Below, piece after piece: positions 17,242 through 27,459 of a stretch of 37,726 nt of DNA. The stretch spans positions 1 through 37,726 of the forward strand of contig JBNKTL010000050.1 of the NCBI GenBank assembly GCA_050298055.1. The letters run 5' to 3'. The stretch is from Spirochaetota bacterium. GTDB taxonomy: Bacteria; Spirochaetota; UBA4802; UBA5550. How positions within the stretch are numbered: position 1 is the stretch's first letter; every line of letters begins with the position of its first letter. Position numbers and translations under genes: made by a program. Below the pieces are notes generated by a model, which did no database searches, was not told the DNA's origin, and worked only from the letters and a program-made list of their open reading frames with translations.

Positions 17242-17589
17242 CTACTTTGAAAGACTCATAACGGCAATACCTGTGACTATGAAACAAATACCCAGCCATC
17301 TCAACGGGGAGATCCTTTCGCCAAGTAGAAAAAGCGCAAGGAGCGCTGTGATTATATAACCGATCCCGACGAGGGGCCGCGCGTAGCTCAGTTCATAGAG
17401 TGAGAGAACCTTGATCCAGATCAGAAAACTTACGCCGTAGCAGAGCAGTGCAATGAACATCCTGTAGTTGAGGAGTGCCCCCGTATAAAAACCGATAATC
17501 GTTGAGTGACTACCGGCAGAATCCGCGGCAGTTTTGAGAAAAAACTGTCCCAGTGCTCCCAATAGAATTGTTGCAATTAACCATAACAT
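17242..17589 (-). CDS. EamA/SMR-family small membrane protein (ArnE/F-like flippase subunit)
   Basis: 115 aa, 4 TM; GQFFLK, ELSYARPL, LGERISPLRWLG. Confidence 0.8.
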   Translation of the reverse strand: MLWLIATILLGALGQFFLKTAADSAGSHSTIIGFYTGALLNYRMFIALLCYGVSFLIWIKVLSLYELSYARPLVGIGYIITALLALFLLGERISPLRWLGICFIVTGIAVMSLSK

Positions 17590-17819
17590 AGCAGGCCCCG
17601 GAAGTGTGATAATCGGGTAAAAACTATTTAAGTAAAAGTCGCGGTCAAGAATTTTTTTGGAGGGAATAATATCCGGCTAAAGGGTGTGATGGAAAATCCA
17701 GGATGGGGATTCGGTTTTTTAAGAAACAAATTTGAAAGATTTTATGTTGACAGAAGAATCCCAATAATCAAAAATGATGTACAAATGGCGTTAATTTGTC
17801 TATATTCAGGAGGTTTAAT

Positions 17820-19601
17820 ATGGAAACAGAAAACCTGGCACTCATGATTCGTGAGAAAACCCGGGAGTACGGGGATAAAAGCGCCATGCGATACAGGGAA
17901 GGAGATACCTGGAAAGTCATCACTTATAACGAAATGGGTGATGATATTGAAAGCGCTGCAAAGGCCCTTATTGATATGGGTATTAAAGAAGGGGATATGG
18001 TGGGGATTTTCTCAGGAAACAGGCCTGAGTGGGCAATAGCGGACTTCGCTATCCATATGGTCAAAGGTGTTTCTGTTCCCATCTACTCTACCAACACGGC
18101 AAAACAGGCTGAATATATTATAGATGACGCGAAAATCAAGCTCCTCTTCGTGGCAAATGAAAGTCAGTATCAAAAAATAAAAACATTTTCAGACAGGCAT
18201 ACGTTCCTGGAAAAGATCGTTGTCTTTGATAAAGATGTTCCTCTTTCAGGGGAGAATTCAATCTATTTTAATGATATGCTGATAAAGGGAAGTGGATCTT
18301 CCAGTCTGCCGGAAATCGATAAGCGCCTGGAATTAACATCACCGGAAGACCTGGCGACCCTTATCTATACCTCCGGGACAACCGGCGATCCCAAGGGAGT
18401 GATGCTGACCCATGGCAATTTTTTCCATCAACAAAGAGCAATTGACGCGTATTTTAATGTCACTTCCCGGGACAAATCACTCTGCTTTCTTCCCTTAAGC
18501 CACGCATATGAGAGGAGCTGGTCATACATTCTCTTCAGTAAAGGGGCTGAGAACAATTACCTTAAGGACCCAAAACTTGTTATTGAATATATGAATGAAG
18601 TACGGCCCACTGCCATGGTATCTGTTCCCCGCTTATATGAGAAGATATATTCAACCGTCTATGACAGGCTTGATAAAGCATCATCCCTGAAAAGAAACCT
18701 TTTCAACTGGGCAGTGGGAAAAGGGAAAAAATATGCCTATAAGAAAAAGGACGGGAAGTTTGTGGGTCCGTTCATGAAGTTGCAATATGCTTTTGCGGAC
18801 AGGGTCATTCTGAGTAAAATTCGGGATGCAATGGGGGGATATAAAAATTTCTTTTCCGCCGGGGGCGCGCCATTGTCAGAAGAGATAGAAGAATTTTTCT
18901 TTGCCGCGGGACTTCTGGTCTGCCAGGGATACGGCCTTACGGAAACCGCCCCGATGATTACCTGCAACAGGCCGGGGGATTTTAAATTCGGTACGGTTGG
19001 AAAGATAATACCGGAATGTGAAATAAAAATTGCTCCTGACGGTGAAATCCTGGTCAGGGGACCGAATTTAATGAAGGGATATTACAACAAACCCGAAGCA
19101 ACCGCTGAAACAATTGTTGGCGGCTGGCTGAAAACCGGTGATGTGGGTTTTCTTGATGATGAGGGGTTTTTGCGAATAACCGACCGGATCAAGGACCTCA
19201 TAATCACCTCCCAGGGAAAAAACGTAGCGCCCCAGCATATTGAGACACTTGTGGGCGTTGATCATTATATTGAACAGATTGCCACAATTGGAGATCAGAG
19301 GAAATACATTGTTGCTTTAATCGTTCCCAACTTTGAGGCCCTTGAGGAATACGCCGGGGAGAATGGCATTTCCTTTTCAAACAGGGATGAACTCATAAAA
19401 CATGAGGAGATAATCAGGTTTTTTGAGCAGCGGATCGCAGACCGGTCCGTGGAGCTGGCACGTTTTGAACAGATTAAAAAGTTTACCCTTCTGAGCAGTG
19501 AATTTACCCAGGAAGGGGGTGAGCTAACGCCAACCTTAAAGATAAAAAGGAAGGTTGTTGCGGAAAAATATAAAGATATAATTGATGCCATGTATGTATA
19601 A
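17820..19601 (+). CDS. Long-chain fatty acid-CoA ligase (AMP-binding)
   Basis: IYTSGTTGDPKG, QGYGLTET, GWLKTGD, ELTPTLKIKR; AGGAGG RBS before ATG 17820. Confidence 0.93.
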   Translation: METENLALMIREKTREYGDKSAMRYREGDTWKVITYNEMGDDIESAAKALIDMGIKEGDMVGIFSGNRPEWAIADFAIHMVKGVSVPIYSTNTAKQAEYIIDDAKIKLLFVANESQYQKIKTFSDRHTFLEKIVVFDKDVPLSGENSIYFNDMLIKGSGSSSLPEIDKRLELTSPEDLATLIYTSGTTGDPKGVMLTHGNFFHQQRAIDAYFNVTSRDKSLCFLPLSHAYERSWSYILFSKGAENNYLKDPKLVIEYMNEVRPTAMVSVPRLYEKIYSTVYDRLDKASSLKRNLFNWAVGKGKKYAYKKKDGKFVGPFMKLQYAFADRVILSKIRDAMGGYKNFFSAGGAPLSEEIEEFFFAAGLLVCQGYGLTETAPMITCNRPGDFKFGTVGKIIPECEIKIAPDGEILVRGPNLMKGYYNKPEATAETIVGGWLKTGDVGFLDDEGFLRITDRIKDLIITSQGKNVAPQHIETLVGVDHYIEQIATIGDQRKYIVALIVPNFEALEEYAGENGISFSNRDELIKHEEIIRFFEQRIADRSVELARFEQIKKFTLLSSEFTQEGGELTPTLKIKRKVVAEKYKDIIDAMYV

Positions 19602-19712
19602 AACTCACTTTAGTTTTCAGGTACTTACAGAAGATTTTTATTAGATTGGGCGTTTGAGCAGTTACAGATCTTAACCGGTTGGCTATTTACATTCTTACTG
19701 CTAAAGTCTCCT

Positions 19713-21743
19713 TCACCTGTACTTCAAGACGGTGTCGAAATATCCCTCTTTGTATTCCTGGGACCTCTCCACGACCTTTCTGTATCGTGCGGTAATATTT
19801 TTTTCGGCTTCGGCCAGGTTTTTCTTCTCCAGGGGGTCCTTCTCAAGGTCGTAAAGCTGTTCGAAGCTGTCCTTCATCCGCATAATATATTTCCACTTTC
19901 CGTCCCTGATGCCGTTAAAGTCTTCATCCCAGTATGTATGGAGGAGGGCGAACTTTTCCCTGTGTTGGGAGAGAATAGATTCGCCCTCATGTTCTCTCTC
20001 TTTCTCAATGGAGAGGATGTCGAGGATTGTGGGAAGTATATCGATATGGGTGGTTATCCCGTTAAAGTCTATCCTGCTCCTGAAGAGCTTTTTGTTATAG
20101 ATAATAAAGGGTATATGAACATTTTCCTCATAGATGAAGTGGCGGTGAAGGTAGTTCATCCGGTGCTGGTAGAAGGCCTGACCATGGTCCGCAAAGATGA
20201 AAACCAGGGTGTTTTCCAGGAGTCCTTCCTGCTCCAGTCTCTTCATGAGAAGCCCCATTGCGTAATCGGCAAAGTGGAGAGAGTTTATGTAGTCGAGCCA
20301 CCTCATCTTCCTGTAGGGAAGATCGCCGGGAATATCCCCTGTGATCATGAACCTCTCTTCATAGGGAATGAAGTAGGGACTGTGGGGATTAACCGGGAGA
20401 AAGACCATAAAAAACGGGCTCTTTTTATCTTTCTTTATGAATTTTATTGCCGGGTTTATCATTGCCCGCTCGTCGATCCCCAGGCCCACTTCCTCGTAAT
20501 TGGGCCCCATCTTTTTCAGCTGCTTCATCTCAAGGATAGAATCAAATCCCCTGTTCTTTAAAAAGTTCTTCTGCCCCACATATTTAAGTGTCCAGGTGTG
20601 GATAAGGCAGTTCCTGTAGCCCTTTGCTTTGAGGATTTCCGGCAGAGACTTTATCTTAATCTGCGGATGGGTCATGGTGATGAGGTTATCATCAAAAGGG
20701 CCCCTGAATACCGGGTCATATGAAGATGCCAGAACGGAAAAAAGGGCGTTGGCCGAAAGGGGAAAATTCGTGTAGTGATTATTCATCACAAGGCTGTTTT
20801 TCATGAGCCTCCTCCATTCAGGTGTCACGGTTTTCCCCTTGTATTTGAGATCAAGGTAGCTGTGTGCCGTTGATTCGAAGAAGTAGAGGATGATATTGTA
20901 TTTTTTTCCCCGGGGTATGTTATTAAGATGCGGATACTCCCTGTTTCCGGTTAATGAGTCTCTCTCAAAACCGAAGTGAAAAGGCTTTTTCCCCGGTCTG
21001 AGTACGACGGTGTCGGAATTTTTCTTCCACTGACGGCTCTCAATAAAGATGTTAAAGAGGGGGTTTTTGGATATATCGGCAAGTGTTCTGCTGATACTCT
21101 TTTCCGGGATGTCAGGGAATTTCTTTGCAACGGATGAATATATGGATTCGGGCCGTGTCATGAACATGATCACGGAAAGGAGAAGGAGTGTTCCCGGCAG
21201 GTAGAACTTCCTTGTGAGTTCATGATCAAACCCATTGTTCTTCAGGGAGAAAAGAAGCAGGAACGCGGGAAGAACAACAATTCCGGCAACAACGAGCCTG
21301 ATATAATAAGGAGCGGTGGCTTCCGCGAAATACGATGTGGAGAGGCTCAGCCAGTAGGAGGAGTTCTCCTTCCCGATAAAACCGGGCCTGAATGTTGTTT
21401 CATAAACACGGAAAAATTCCACACCGGAAAGGAGCATCACGAAAACGATCATCAGGTAGAGATAAATCGGAACATACCTGAATCTTTTAAATCCAACGAA
21501 AGGAAGTATTATCACCACAAGGAGAGCAGCCAGGTATATCATGATAGCCGAATCGTAGTAGAGAGACATTGCAAAGTATTCGGAGAGGGTAAGGATATCC
21601 AGGTTGGCATAGGTCATCTTTATAAGCCTGAAAATCTCCAGCCTGTACCAGAGCGAAATCAGCACAAGGAGAAAAAGGGCCGGGAAAAAAACAGCGGACG
21701 CGTCCAGGTAGGAGATCTTTAATTTATCAAAAAACTTTTTCAT
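19713..21743 (-). CDS. Second LtaS-like sulfatase-fold membrane protein (paralog of 9899-11995)
   Basis: Shared motifs NIILYFFEST, NHYTNFPLSAN, GIDERAM, NSLHFAD, FADHGQAFYQHR. Confidence 0.85.
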   Translation of the reverse strand: MKKFFDKLKISYLDASAVFFPALFLLVLISLWYRLEIFRLIKMTYANLDILTLSEYFAMSLYYDSAIMIYLAALLVVIILPFVGFKRFRYVPIYLYLMIVFVMLLSGVEFFRVYETTFRPGFIGKENSSYWLSLSTSYFAEATAPYYIRLVVAGIVVLPAFLLLFSLKNNGFDHELTRKFYLPGTLLLLSVIMFMTRPESIYSSVAKKFPDIPEKSISRTLADISKNPLFNIFIESRQWKKNSDTVVLRPGKKPFHFGFERDSLTGNREYPHLNNIPRGKKYNIILYFFESTAHSYLDLKYKGKTVTPEWRRLMKNSLVMNNHYTNFPLSANALFSVLASSYDPVFRGPFDDNLITMTHPQIKIKSLPEILKAKGYRNCLIHTWTLKYVGQKNFLKNRGFDSILEMKQLKKMGPNYEEVGLGIDERAMINPAIKFIKKDKKSPFFMVFLPVNPHSPYFIPYEERFMITGDIPGDLPYRKMRWLDYINSLHFADYAMGLLMKRLEQEGLLENTLVFIFADHGQAFYQHRMNYLHRHFIYEENVHIPFIIYNKKLFRSRIDFNGITTHIDILPTILDILSIEKEREHEGESILSQHREKFALLHTYWDEDFNGIRDGKWKYIMRMKDSFEQLYDLEKDPLEKKNLAEAEKNITARYRKVVERSQEYKEGYFDTVLKYR

Positions 21744-21826
21744 TTGCGTGACAGCCCATGAGAATTTGCTGCAAAACTACAGGCATATCCGTCCCCGTCA
21801 AGAATTTTGCGGAGAAAATAAGAAGA

Positions 21827-22156
21827 TTAATCCGAAAGGTCAGGGAGTTCCATTGCCGTTTCCGGGCACTTCATCTTCAGCGAATCCCTCATGCTGCCGG
21901 TCCTGAATTTCCACATGCTGACCTTTTTTCCTTTTTGTATGGCAAGGTAACCTTCATACCACTCAAAATATGAATCGCTTATTGAGTTTTTCAGGACACG
22001 GGCCTGGTCGGAATTTGAGGGCATACCGCCGAATCTCTTCATGGATTCGGTGTGGCATCTGTCGATCCATTTTTTGACAGTTTTTTTGGTGATCTTCTCT
22101 CCCGCGGAAAGATTGAGAAAGTTAAGTGTGATCAAGAGGGCGATAAATTTTTTCAT
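21827..22156 (-). CDS. Small secreted hypothetical protein
   Basis: Signal peptide MKKFIALLITLNFLNLSA; GGGAG RBS; two Cys. Confidence 0.7.
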   Translation of the reverse strand: MKKFIALLITLNFLNLSAGEKITKKTVKKWIDRCHTESMKRFGGMPSNSDQARVLKNSISDSYFEWYEGYLAIQKGKKVSMWKFRTGSMRDSLKMKCPETAMELPDLSD

Positions 22157-22174
22157 TTTATTTCTCCCTGGAGT

Positions 22175-23092
22175 TTACATACTCCTCATTATTTTTTTTG
22201 AGCCGGGTCCTTCCCACCCGGCAAGACGCGCCATCATCCACCAGAAAGCGTTTGCCTTGAGCTTGCAGAATAAAGCAGCTTCGGACGGCGACTCCGAATG
22301 GGCGCAGCTTCCGGGCAGGTCCGTACAGTACGAGGGGTTGTGGGTGCAGAAATCTGCGCACCATTCGCATGTTCCTTCGCCGTTGTTATTATAGGGCCCT
22401 TCATCCAGCGGAGTATATGTTTCAATGTCCGCAAAGTCAAAAAGAACCATGCCATTATTGGCGGCAAATTGACGGATAAGGTTATTGTTATATGTGAGGG
22501 TTGAACTTCCCCCGTCTGTATGTCCCGTCATAAGAATGAAGCGCATGCCCGGATAATCGTCCTCTAATTGAGCCATATAGTTAAGGTAGTTCATTACCTG
22601 TTCCTCAGAGTAAGATGAGGCCTGCCCGCACCATGACCAGAGGGAAAACCCGAAGAGTCCGCTGTCCAGTACGCTCCCTGTTCGTGTTCTCCCGTCAACA
22701 GAAGCCCAGTAGTCATCAGGCTCAATATATGTCTCCGGAGGATTGCCGTCGAAAAGACAGAGCTCTCCGCTGTTGCAGTCCAGACCGGTTGGAGCGGAGG
22801 AGCCTGCGGTAAAGCTGTCAAAAGCGTACTTTGAATCCACTCCTTCCAGTACCGATAATCCCGAAGTGACCTGGGAACCGTGAGATGTATGGGCAAAGTG
22901 AACGGCAGGTTTTTTTGCTTCGGTCAGCAACTCATCCGGAATTTTACTCAAATCCGTACATGTGTGATCGATGAGAATATATTCACCCGGGCCGGAAGCA
23001 GTGTTACTCTCACTTCCACTTTCATTCCGGCATGTTGTGAGAAAGGTGATATTGAGAGAGAAAATAATAAATAAAAATAAACCTCTTTTCAT
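22175..23092 (-). CDS. Hypothetical lipoprotein, possibly SGNH-like hydrolase
   Basis: Lipobox-like FLTTC; AAGGAG RBS; HTSHGSQ, WSWCG, FDFADIE, CAHS, FWWMMARLAGW motifs. Confidence 0.7.
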   Translation of the reverse strand: MKRGLFLFIIFSLNITFLTTCRNESGSESNTASGPGEYILIDHTCTDLSKIPDELLTEAKKPAVHFAHTSHGSQVTSGLSVLEGVDSKYAFDSFTAGSSAPTGLDCNSGELCLFDGNPPETYIEPDDYWASVDGRTRTGSVLDSGLFGFSLWSWCGQASSYSEEQVMNYLNYMAQLEDDYPGMRFILMTGHTDGGSSTLTYNNNLIRQFAANNGMVLFDFADIETYTPLDEGPYNNNGEGTCEWCADFCTHNPSYCTDLPGSCAHSESPSEAALFCKLKANAFWWMMARLAGWEGPGSKKIMRSM

Positions 23093-23277
23093 AAAAAAAC
23101 TCCTTTGATATTATTTCAAACGATATTTTCTTTACATATAATTTTTCAGATTCTTATGAGTATGTCAAAATCTATTTGCAGGCATAAGTATCTGAAGTTT
23201 TAAAATATATTTGTTTCTCAATGATCATATTTTATACTTTACTTTATAAAAAAAGGGGAAAAAATGAGGAGAGGATT

Positions 23278-23475
23278 GTGAAAATGATTACAGGGAAACA
23301 ACTGAATTCCCTTGAAAAATTGAACCCGGTGAGCGGGGAATACATGGATTTCAGTGATGAACTTGTGGTTGATATTCATGGGCTTACAGCCTGCGCTAGA
23401 AATTATTTAAACGCATACACCACCATTGAACTTGTGGCGGAAAAATTTCCCAGGTGGAGTTTGCTTAAAAGGTGA
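23278..23475 (+). CDS. Possible small protein or gene remnant
   Basis: GAGGAGAGG RBS before GTG 23278; last 73 nt overlap the convergent methyltransferase. Confidence 0.35.
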   Translation: MKMITGKQLNSLEKLNPVSGEYMDFSDELVVDIHGLTACARNYLNAYTTIELVAEKFPRWSLLKR

Positions 23476-24305
23476 TACCGGGATATCCCCAGCCATGCCC
23501 GGTAATCGAAAAATGAGTTAAAACCGTGCCGGGACTTTAACAGTTTTGGAAGAAGACCGAAATCAACGGGACGGTAGACCTTGATTTTGCCGAACCCTTT
23601 TTCCTTGAGAAGACCCGTGAGGTTTTTCAGGGAGAAATAGGAGAGGTGTCCCGGCATGAAATAGGCATAACGGTCACCCAGCATTTGGGCCTGCAGGCCC
23701 TCCATGTTTGCGGTCTGGATAAGGAGAAGTCCTCCCTTTTTCAGGAGCCTGAAGCACTCTTCAACCGCCCCTGCGGGATCACCCAGGTGCTCCATGAGTT
23801 CAACCATGGTAATTACTGAAAAGAAGTCATGGGCGAAGGGATGGTCTTCAAGGGTCCCGTTATGGATGGTGAGTCCCGGGAACTTTGATGAATGGTCAGC
23901 GGCATAGGGGGAGACTTCGATGCCGTATGGAGTGAAATACCTTCCCGCGGACTTCAGCAGGCCGCCGAAGGATGAACCAATATCCAGGAAGTTGCCGTTC
24001 TGTACATATTTTCTGATGTTTTTAATCCGCGCGTCCCATACCCGTGCCGAGTGTTTTTCACTCTTTCTCTCGTCATGGTATGAATAATTTCCCTCTCCCG
24101 AGTAGTAATCTTCGTTGTAGAAGCTCTTTACGGTGTTTTCATTGAACCGTGGGTTCATGAAGAGAAAACCGCACCGGGAGCAGGAGAAGATGGTAAAAGG
24201 GAGTTCATATCTTTTGATGAGATACTTTTCCCCTATCTCCCAGGACGAGCAGAGAGGACAGCTCTCTGCCGTGTCTTCAAAAAGGTCTCTATTCACTGAG
24301 CACAT
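23403..24305 (-). CDS. Class I SAM-dependent methyltransferase with N-terminal Zn ribbon
   Basis: CPLC...CSRC; LDIGSSFG; ELMEHL.DP; LKKGG; HLSYFS. Confidence 0.88.
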   Translation of the reverse strand: MCSVNRDLFEDTAESCPLCSSWEIGEKYLIKRYELPFTIFSCSRCGFLFMNPRFNENTVKSFYNEDYYSGEGNYSYHDERKSEKHSARVWDARIKNIRKYVQNGNFLDIGSSFGGLLKSAGRYFTPYGIEVSPYAADHSSKFPGLTIHNGTLEDHPFAHDFFSVITMVELMEHLGDPAGAVEECFRLLKKGGLLLIQTANMEGLQAQMLGDRYAYFMPGHLSYFSLKNLTGLLKEKGFGKIKVYRPVDFGLLPKLLKSRHGFNSFFDYRAWLGISRYHLLSKLHLGNFSATSSMVVYAFK

Positions 24306-25437
24306 TGGAGGAGATGACCAGTCTCATGATCTCGGAGGTCCCCTCGTAGATCTCGGTTATCCGGGAGTCCCTGTAGAACCTTTCTACCGGGTAATCTTTG
24401 GTAAACCCGTATCCTCCGAATATCTGTATGGCCTTGTGAGTGACCCGCTGAGACATCTCCGATGCAAAGAGCTTTGCCATTGCCGCCTGTTTGGAGTATT
24501 TTTTTCTTTCCCCGTTATCCATCATGGATGCCGCCTGGTAGACAAGGAGCCGCGCGGCCTCGATCTCCGTGGCCATATCCGCTATCATCCACTGGATCGC
24601 CTGGAACTTTGATATGGGCTGGTTGAACTGCTCTCTCTCCCGGGAATAAGCTACTGCCGCGTCAAAGGCACCCTGGGCAATACCCAGGGCCTGGGCTGCA
24701 ATCCCTACGCGGCCTCCGTCAAGCGTATGCATTGCGATCTTAAAGCCATCTCCGCGGTTTCCCAGCATGTTCTCTTCGGGGATTTCACAATTGTCAAAAA
24801 CAAGTTCGGTTGTTGAAGAAGCGGTAATTCCCAGTTTTTCTTCTTTCTTACCCACGGAAAAACCGGGTGTCCCCTTTTCCACAATAAAGAAGCTGAGCCC
24901 CTTATGTCCTTTTCCTTTATCTGTTACTGCAGTTACCACGGCAACAGAGGATTCTTCCCCGTTTGTGATGAAGTTCTTTGCACCGTTGAGGACCCATTTA
25001 CCGTTCTTCAGTTCCGCTGTTGTCTGTGTGCCTGCGGCATCGGAACCGGCATTGGGCTCCGTGATACCGAAACAGCCGATCCATTCACCGGTTGTGAGCC
25101 GGGAGAGGTACTTCTTTTTCTGTTCGTCTGTTCCGAAATAGTAGAGAGGAGAGAGGCAGAGAGAGTTATGCGCCGATACGATCACGCCGGTGGAAGCGCA
25201 TCCCCGGGAAAGCTCTTCGACAATAATCGCGTAGCTGATATAGTCCATCTCCGCACCGTTGTATTCCTCCGGGTAGACAACTCCCAGAGCGCCCATCTCT
25301 CCGAGCATCCTGATATTCTCCCGGGGGAATTCATGGTTCCTGTCGATCTCTTCCGCTTTCGGTTTTACAAATTCTTCCGTGAATCGCCGGAAGTTTTCCC
25401 TTACCATTTGCTGTTCTTCTGTGAGGTTAAAATTCAT
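24289..25437 (-). CDS. Acyl-CoA dehydrogenase (butyryl-CoA dehydrogenase type)
   Basis: GITEPNAGSD, LNGAKNFITN, LDGGRVGIAAQALG, REQF, GGYGFTKDYPVER, IYEGTSEI. Confidence 0.95.
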   Translation of the reverse strand: MNFNLTEEQQMVRENFRRFTEEFVKPKAEEIDRNHEFPRENIRMLGEMGALGVVYPEEYNGAEMDYISYAIIVEELSRGCASTGVIVSAHNSLCLSPLYYFGTDEQKKKYLSRLTTGEWIGCFGITEPNAGSDAAGTQTTAELKNGKWVLNGAKNFITNGEESSVAVVTAVTDKGKGHKGLSFFIVEKGTPGFSVGKKEEKLGITASSTTELVFDNCEIPEENMLGNRGDGFKIAMHTLDGGRVGIAAQALGIAQGAFDAAVAYSREREQFNQPISKFQAIQWMIADMATEIEAARLLVYQAASMMDNGERKKYSKQAAMAKLFASEMSQRVTHKAIQIFGGYGFTKDYPVERFYRDSRITEIYEGTSEIMRLVISSNVLSE

Positions 25438-25480
25438 TGTTAGATTTCCTTGTTTATATACAGTTTAGTTCTATTTGTCT

Positions 25481-25508
25481 ATATTGAAGTTTTTATTCAA
25501 TATGTCAA
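25481..25508 (-). promoter_or_regulatory. Dyad ATATTGAA-N7-TTCAATAT adjoining the -35 TTGACA of the acyl-CoA dehydrogenase promoter
   Basis: 8-bp perfect IR at 25481-25488/25496-25503; minus-strand TTGACA at 25503-25508. Confidence 0.5.
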
Positions 25509-25944
25509 GAATTACTTTATAAGTCTCTCTATAAATGCATCTGTCTCTTTATCATGCAGGGCATGACTCTTTGCTCCAATATTCATAGACAAGTCATTTC
25601 AGTGAAGATTAATTTAAAAGTAAAAAGCAAAAGATTGCCCTTTTCTTTCTCTATAAATGTATTAATTAAAATCCATTCACCGGTACCGGGTTTCTATTTT
25701 TCTTGACATTTAAAATAATATACATATCATCCTGTACTTCCGGTGTGCCTTGTCCATTTTCTCGAACATATATTAAAACTTTCTTTATACATAATACATA
25801 AGAAGAAAAGAGGTTTACCACAAAGTTCACAAAAAGCACGAAGGAAGAATGAAGAAAGGAGTGTAAGAAACACATCTTTTATACAGAGCCTTTTAAAGAT
25901 AATGAGAAGAAGTAAGTACTGAAAAAGTATAGGGGAAGAGCATT

Positions 25945-27459
25945 ATGAAAATCATCAAGGCAACAGTGATCATCATCCTGTTTAGCGCGTTGACCACCTG
26001 CAACTGCGGCAGTTCGGGTATTAATGCCAACAATCCTGCGGCCCCCCTCTCTGACAAAGAGTACAACTCTCTCTCCCCGGAAAACCAGTATGCCGTGGCG
26101 AATAATCTCCTGGGGAGCCTTTTTAAAGGAATACCGGCAAACGAGTTTTACAATCTCACTAACAGTGTGGATCCCCTGGTTGTCTCGGAAGGAGTGAATC
26201 TTATCTCCAAAACCAAAAGCAGCCTGAATACACCACTGGAAAACAAACAGGCATATCTTGATACCATAGAATCAAAATATGATTTCTATGAAGATCTCTT
26301 TCCCCAGGAGTATCCCCTGGCATATTTTTTTGAAGTGCCCGTAAGCAGGGACTATTTCGACTACTGGATGGCCTATAAGCTCGCCAATACCATTCTCTTC
26401 TCCCCGGCAACAGAGCTTGAGAGCGTCAGTGTGACGGATAGCCAGAAGGTCCTCTACCGGCTTTACCGGATGGTCCGTGACAATGTCTCTATCAGGGACA
26501 TTGTCTACGAACATATGATCACACAGGAGAACTGGCGCAGGTTCCGCTCTCCCGAGGACAATACACGGGAGATGATGGAGATATTTCTCGCGCGGTTTAT
26601 TGACGCGGAAGTCCCCCTGGCGGCCATGGTGTGCAAAAACTGGCATCTTACCGACCAGGCCCAGGGGTACCAGCTGGTCATTGGTATCGATGAAAACACG
26701 GAACCCCAGAACATTCTGGATACAACCGTCACAGGCTGCTACGACTTTTTCCATGCCGTTTCCCGGCATGGAAATCTTATCCCCAATATCGTAAAGGTCC
26801 TTGTGAACCACTTCTACACCAACTTTTCCGATAAAGATAAACAGATAATTATCGACACTATTGCCGGGGGGAGACCGTCCACTTTCCGGGAGATCTTTTT
26901 ACAAATACTCTTTTCCCGGGGCTATCTTCTCCGGAATAACCGTGTTAAGTGGTACGAAGAGGCATTTTTTAACATCGCTCACCGTATTCAATGGATTGCA
27001 AACCGTGGATTTTTCCAATATCTTGTCAACCGCAGCTACAACGGCGGGGGGCTGACTCAGTGGATGAGACAGGGAGTCATGAGCTATAAACTGGGAAGAA
27101 ACGAGGTACCCCTGGATTCCCTCAGCTTTGCCTATTACCACAAATCGATCCGGGAGCAGCTTTTAATTGACCGGTCCTATAACAGTGAGGACAGGGGGTG
27201 GCCGTCTTCATTCATCGATGATGTGGATCTTTTCGGCGAAGATTTTATTTACTACCTGTTTCTTTCCGTCCTCTCCCGGGGGCCCAATACTGAAGAGATG
27301 TCAACCCTCAAAGAGGTGATACAGGAGCGGTTCTCCGGAACAAGCGATTTTAACAGTATCAGCAGGACAGGCATTGCCATGATCGTCCTGGACTACTGCT
27401 CCCGGCTCTCTGAGCTTTACTACATGCGTTCTCTTCAGGAAGAGGAGGAGGAACAATGA
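25945..27459 (+). CDS. Lipoprotein, DUF1800-like partner of DUF1501
   Basis: Lipobox-like ALTTC; PEDNTREMMEIF resembles DUF1800 ENYARELMELF; 4-bp overlap with next gene. Confidence 0.6.
   Translation: MKIIKATVIIILFSALTTCNCGSSGINANNPAAPLSDKEYNSLSPENQYAVANNLLGSLFKGIPANEFYNLTNSVDPLVVSEGVNLISKTKSSLNTPLENKQAYLDTIESKYDFYEDLFPQEYPLAYFFEVPVSRDYFDYWMAYKLANTILFSPATELESVSVTDSQKVLYRLYRMVRDNVSIRDIVYEHMITQENWRRFRSPEDNTREMMEIFLARFIDAEVPLAAMVCKNWHLTDQAQGYQLVIGIDENTEPQNILDTTVTGCYDFFHAVSRHGNLIPNIVKVLVNHFYTNFSDKDKQIIIDTIAGGRPSTFREIFLQILFSRGYLLRNNRVKWYEEAFFNIAHRIQWIANRGFFQYLVNRSYNGGGLTQWMRQGVMSYKLGRNEVPLDSLSFAYYHKSIREQLLIDRSYNSEDRGWPSSFIDDVDLFGEDFIYYLFLSVLSRGPNTEEMSTLKEVIQERFSGTSDFNSISRTGIAMIVLDYCSRLSELYYMRSLQEEEEEQ

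Noticed and set aside
25526..25659. 12-bp direct repeat TCTCTATAAATG
   Set aside because: Only two AT-rich copies with no matching inverted ends or other supporting structure
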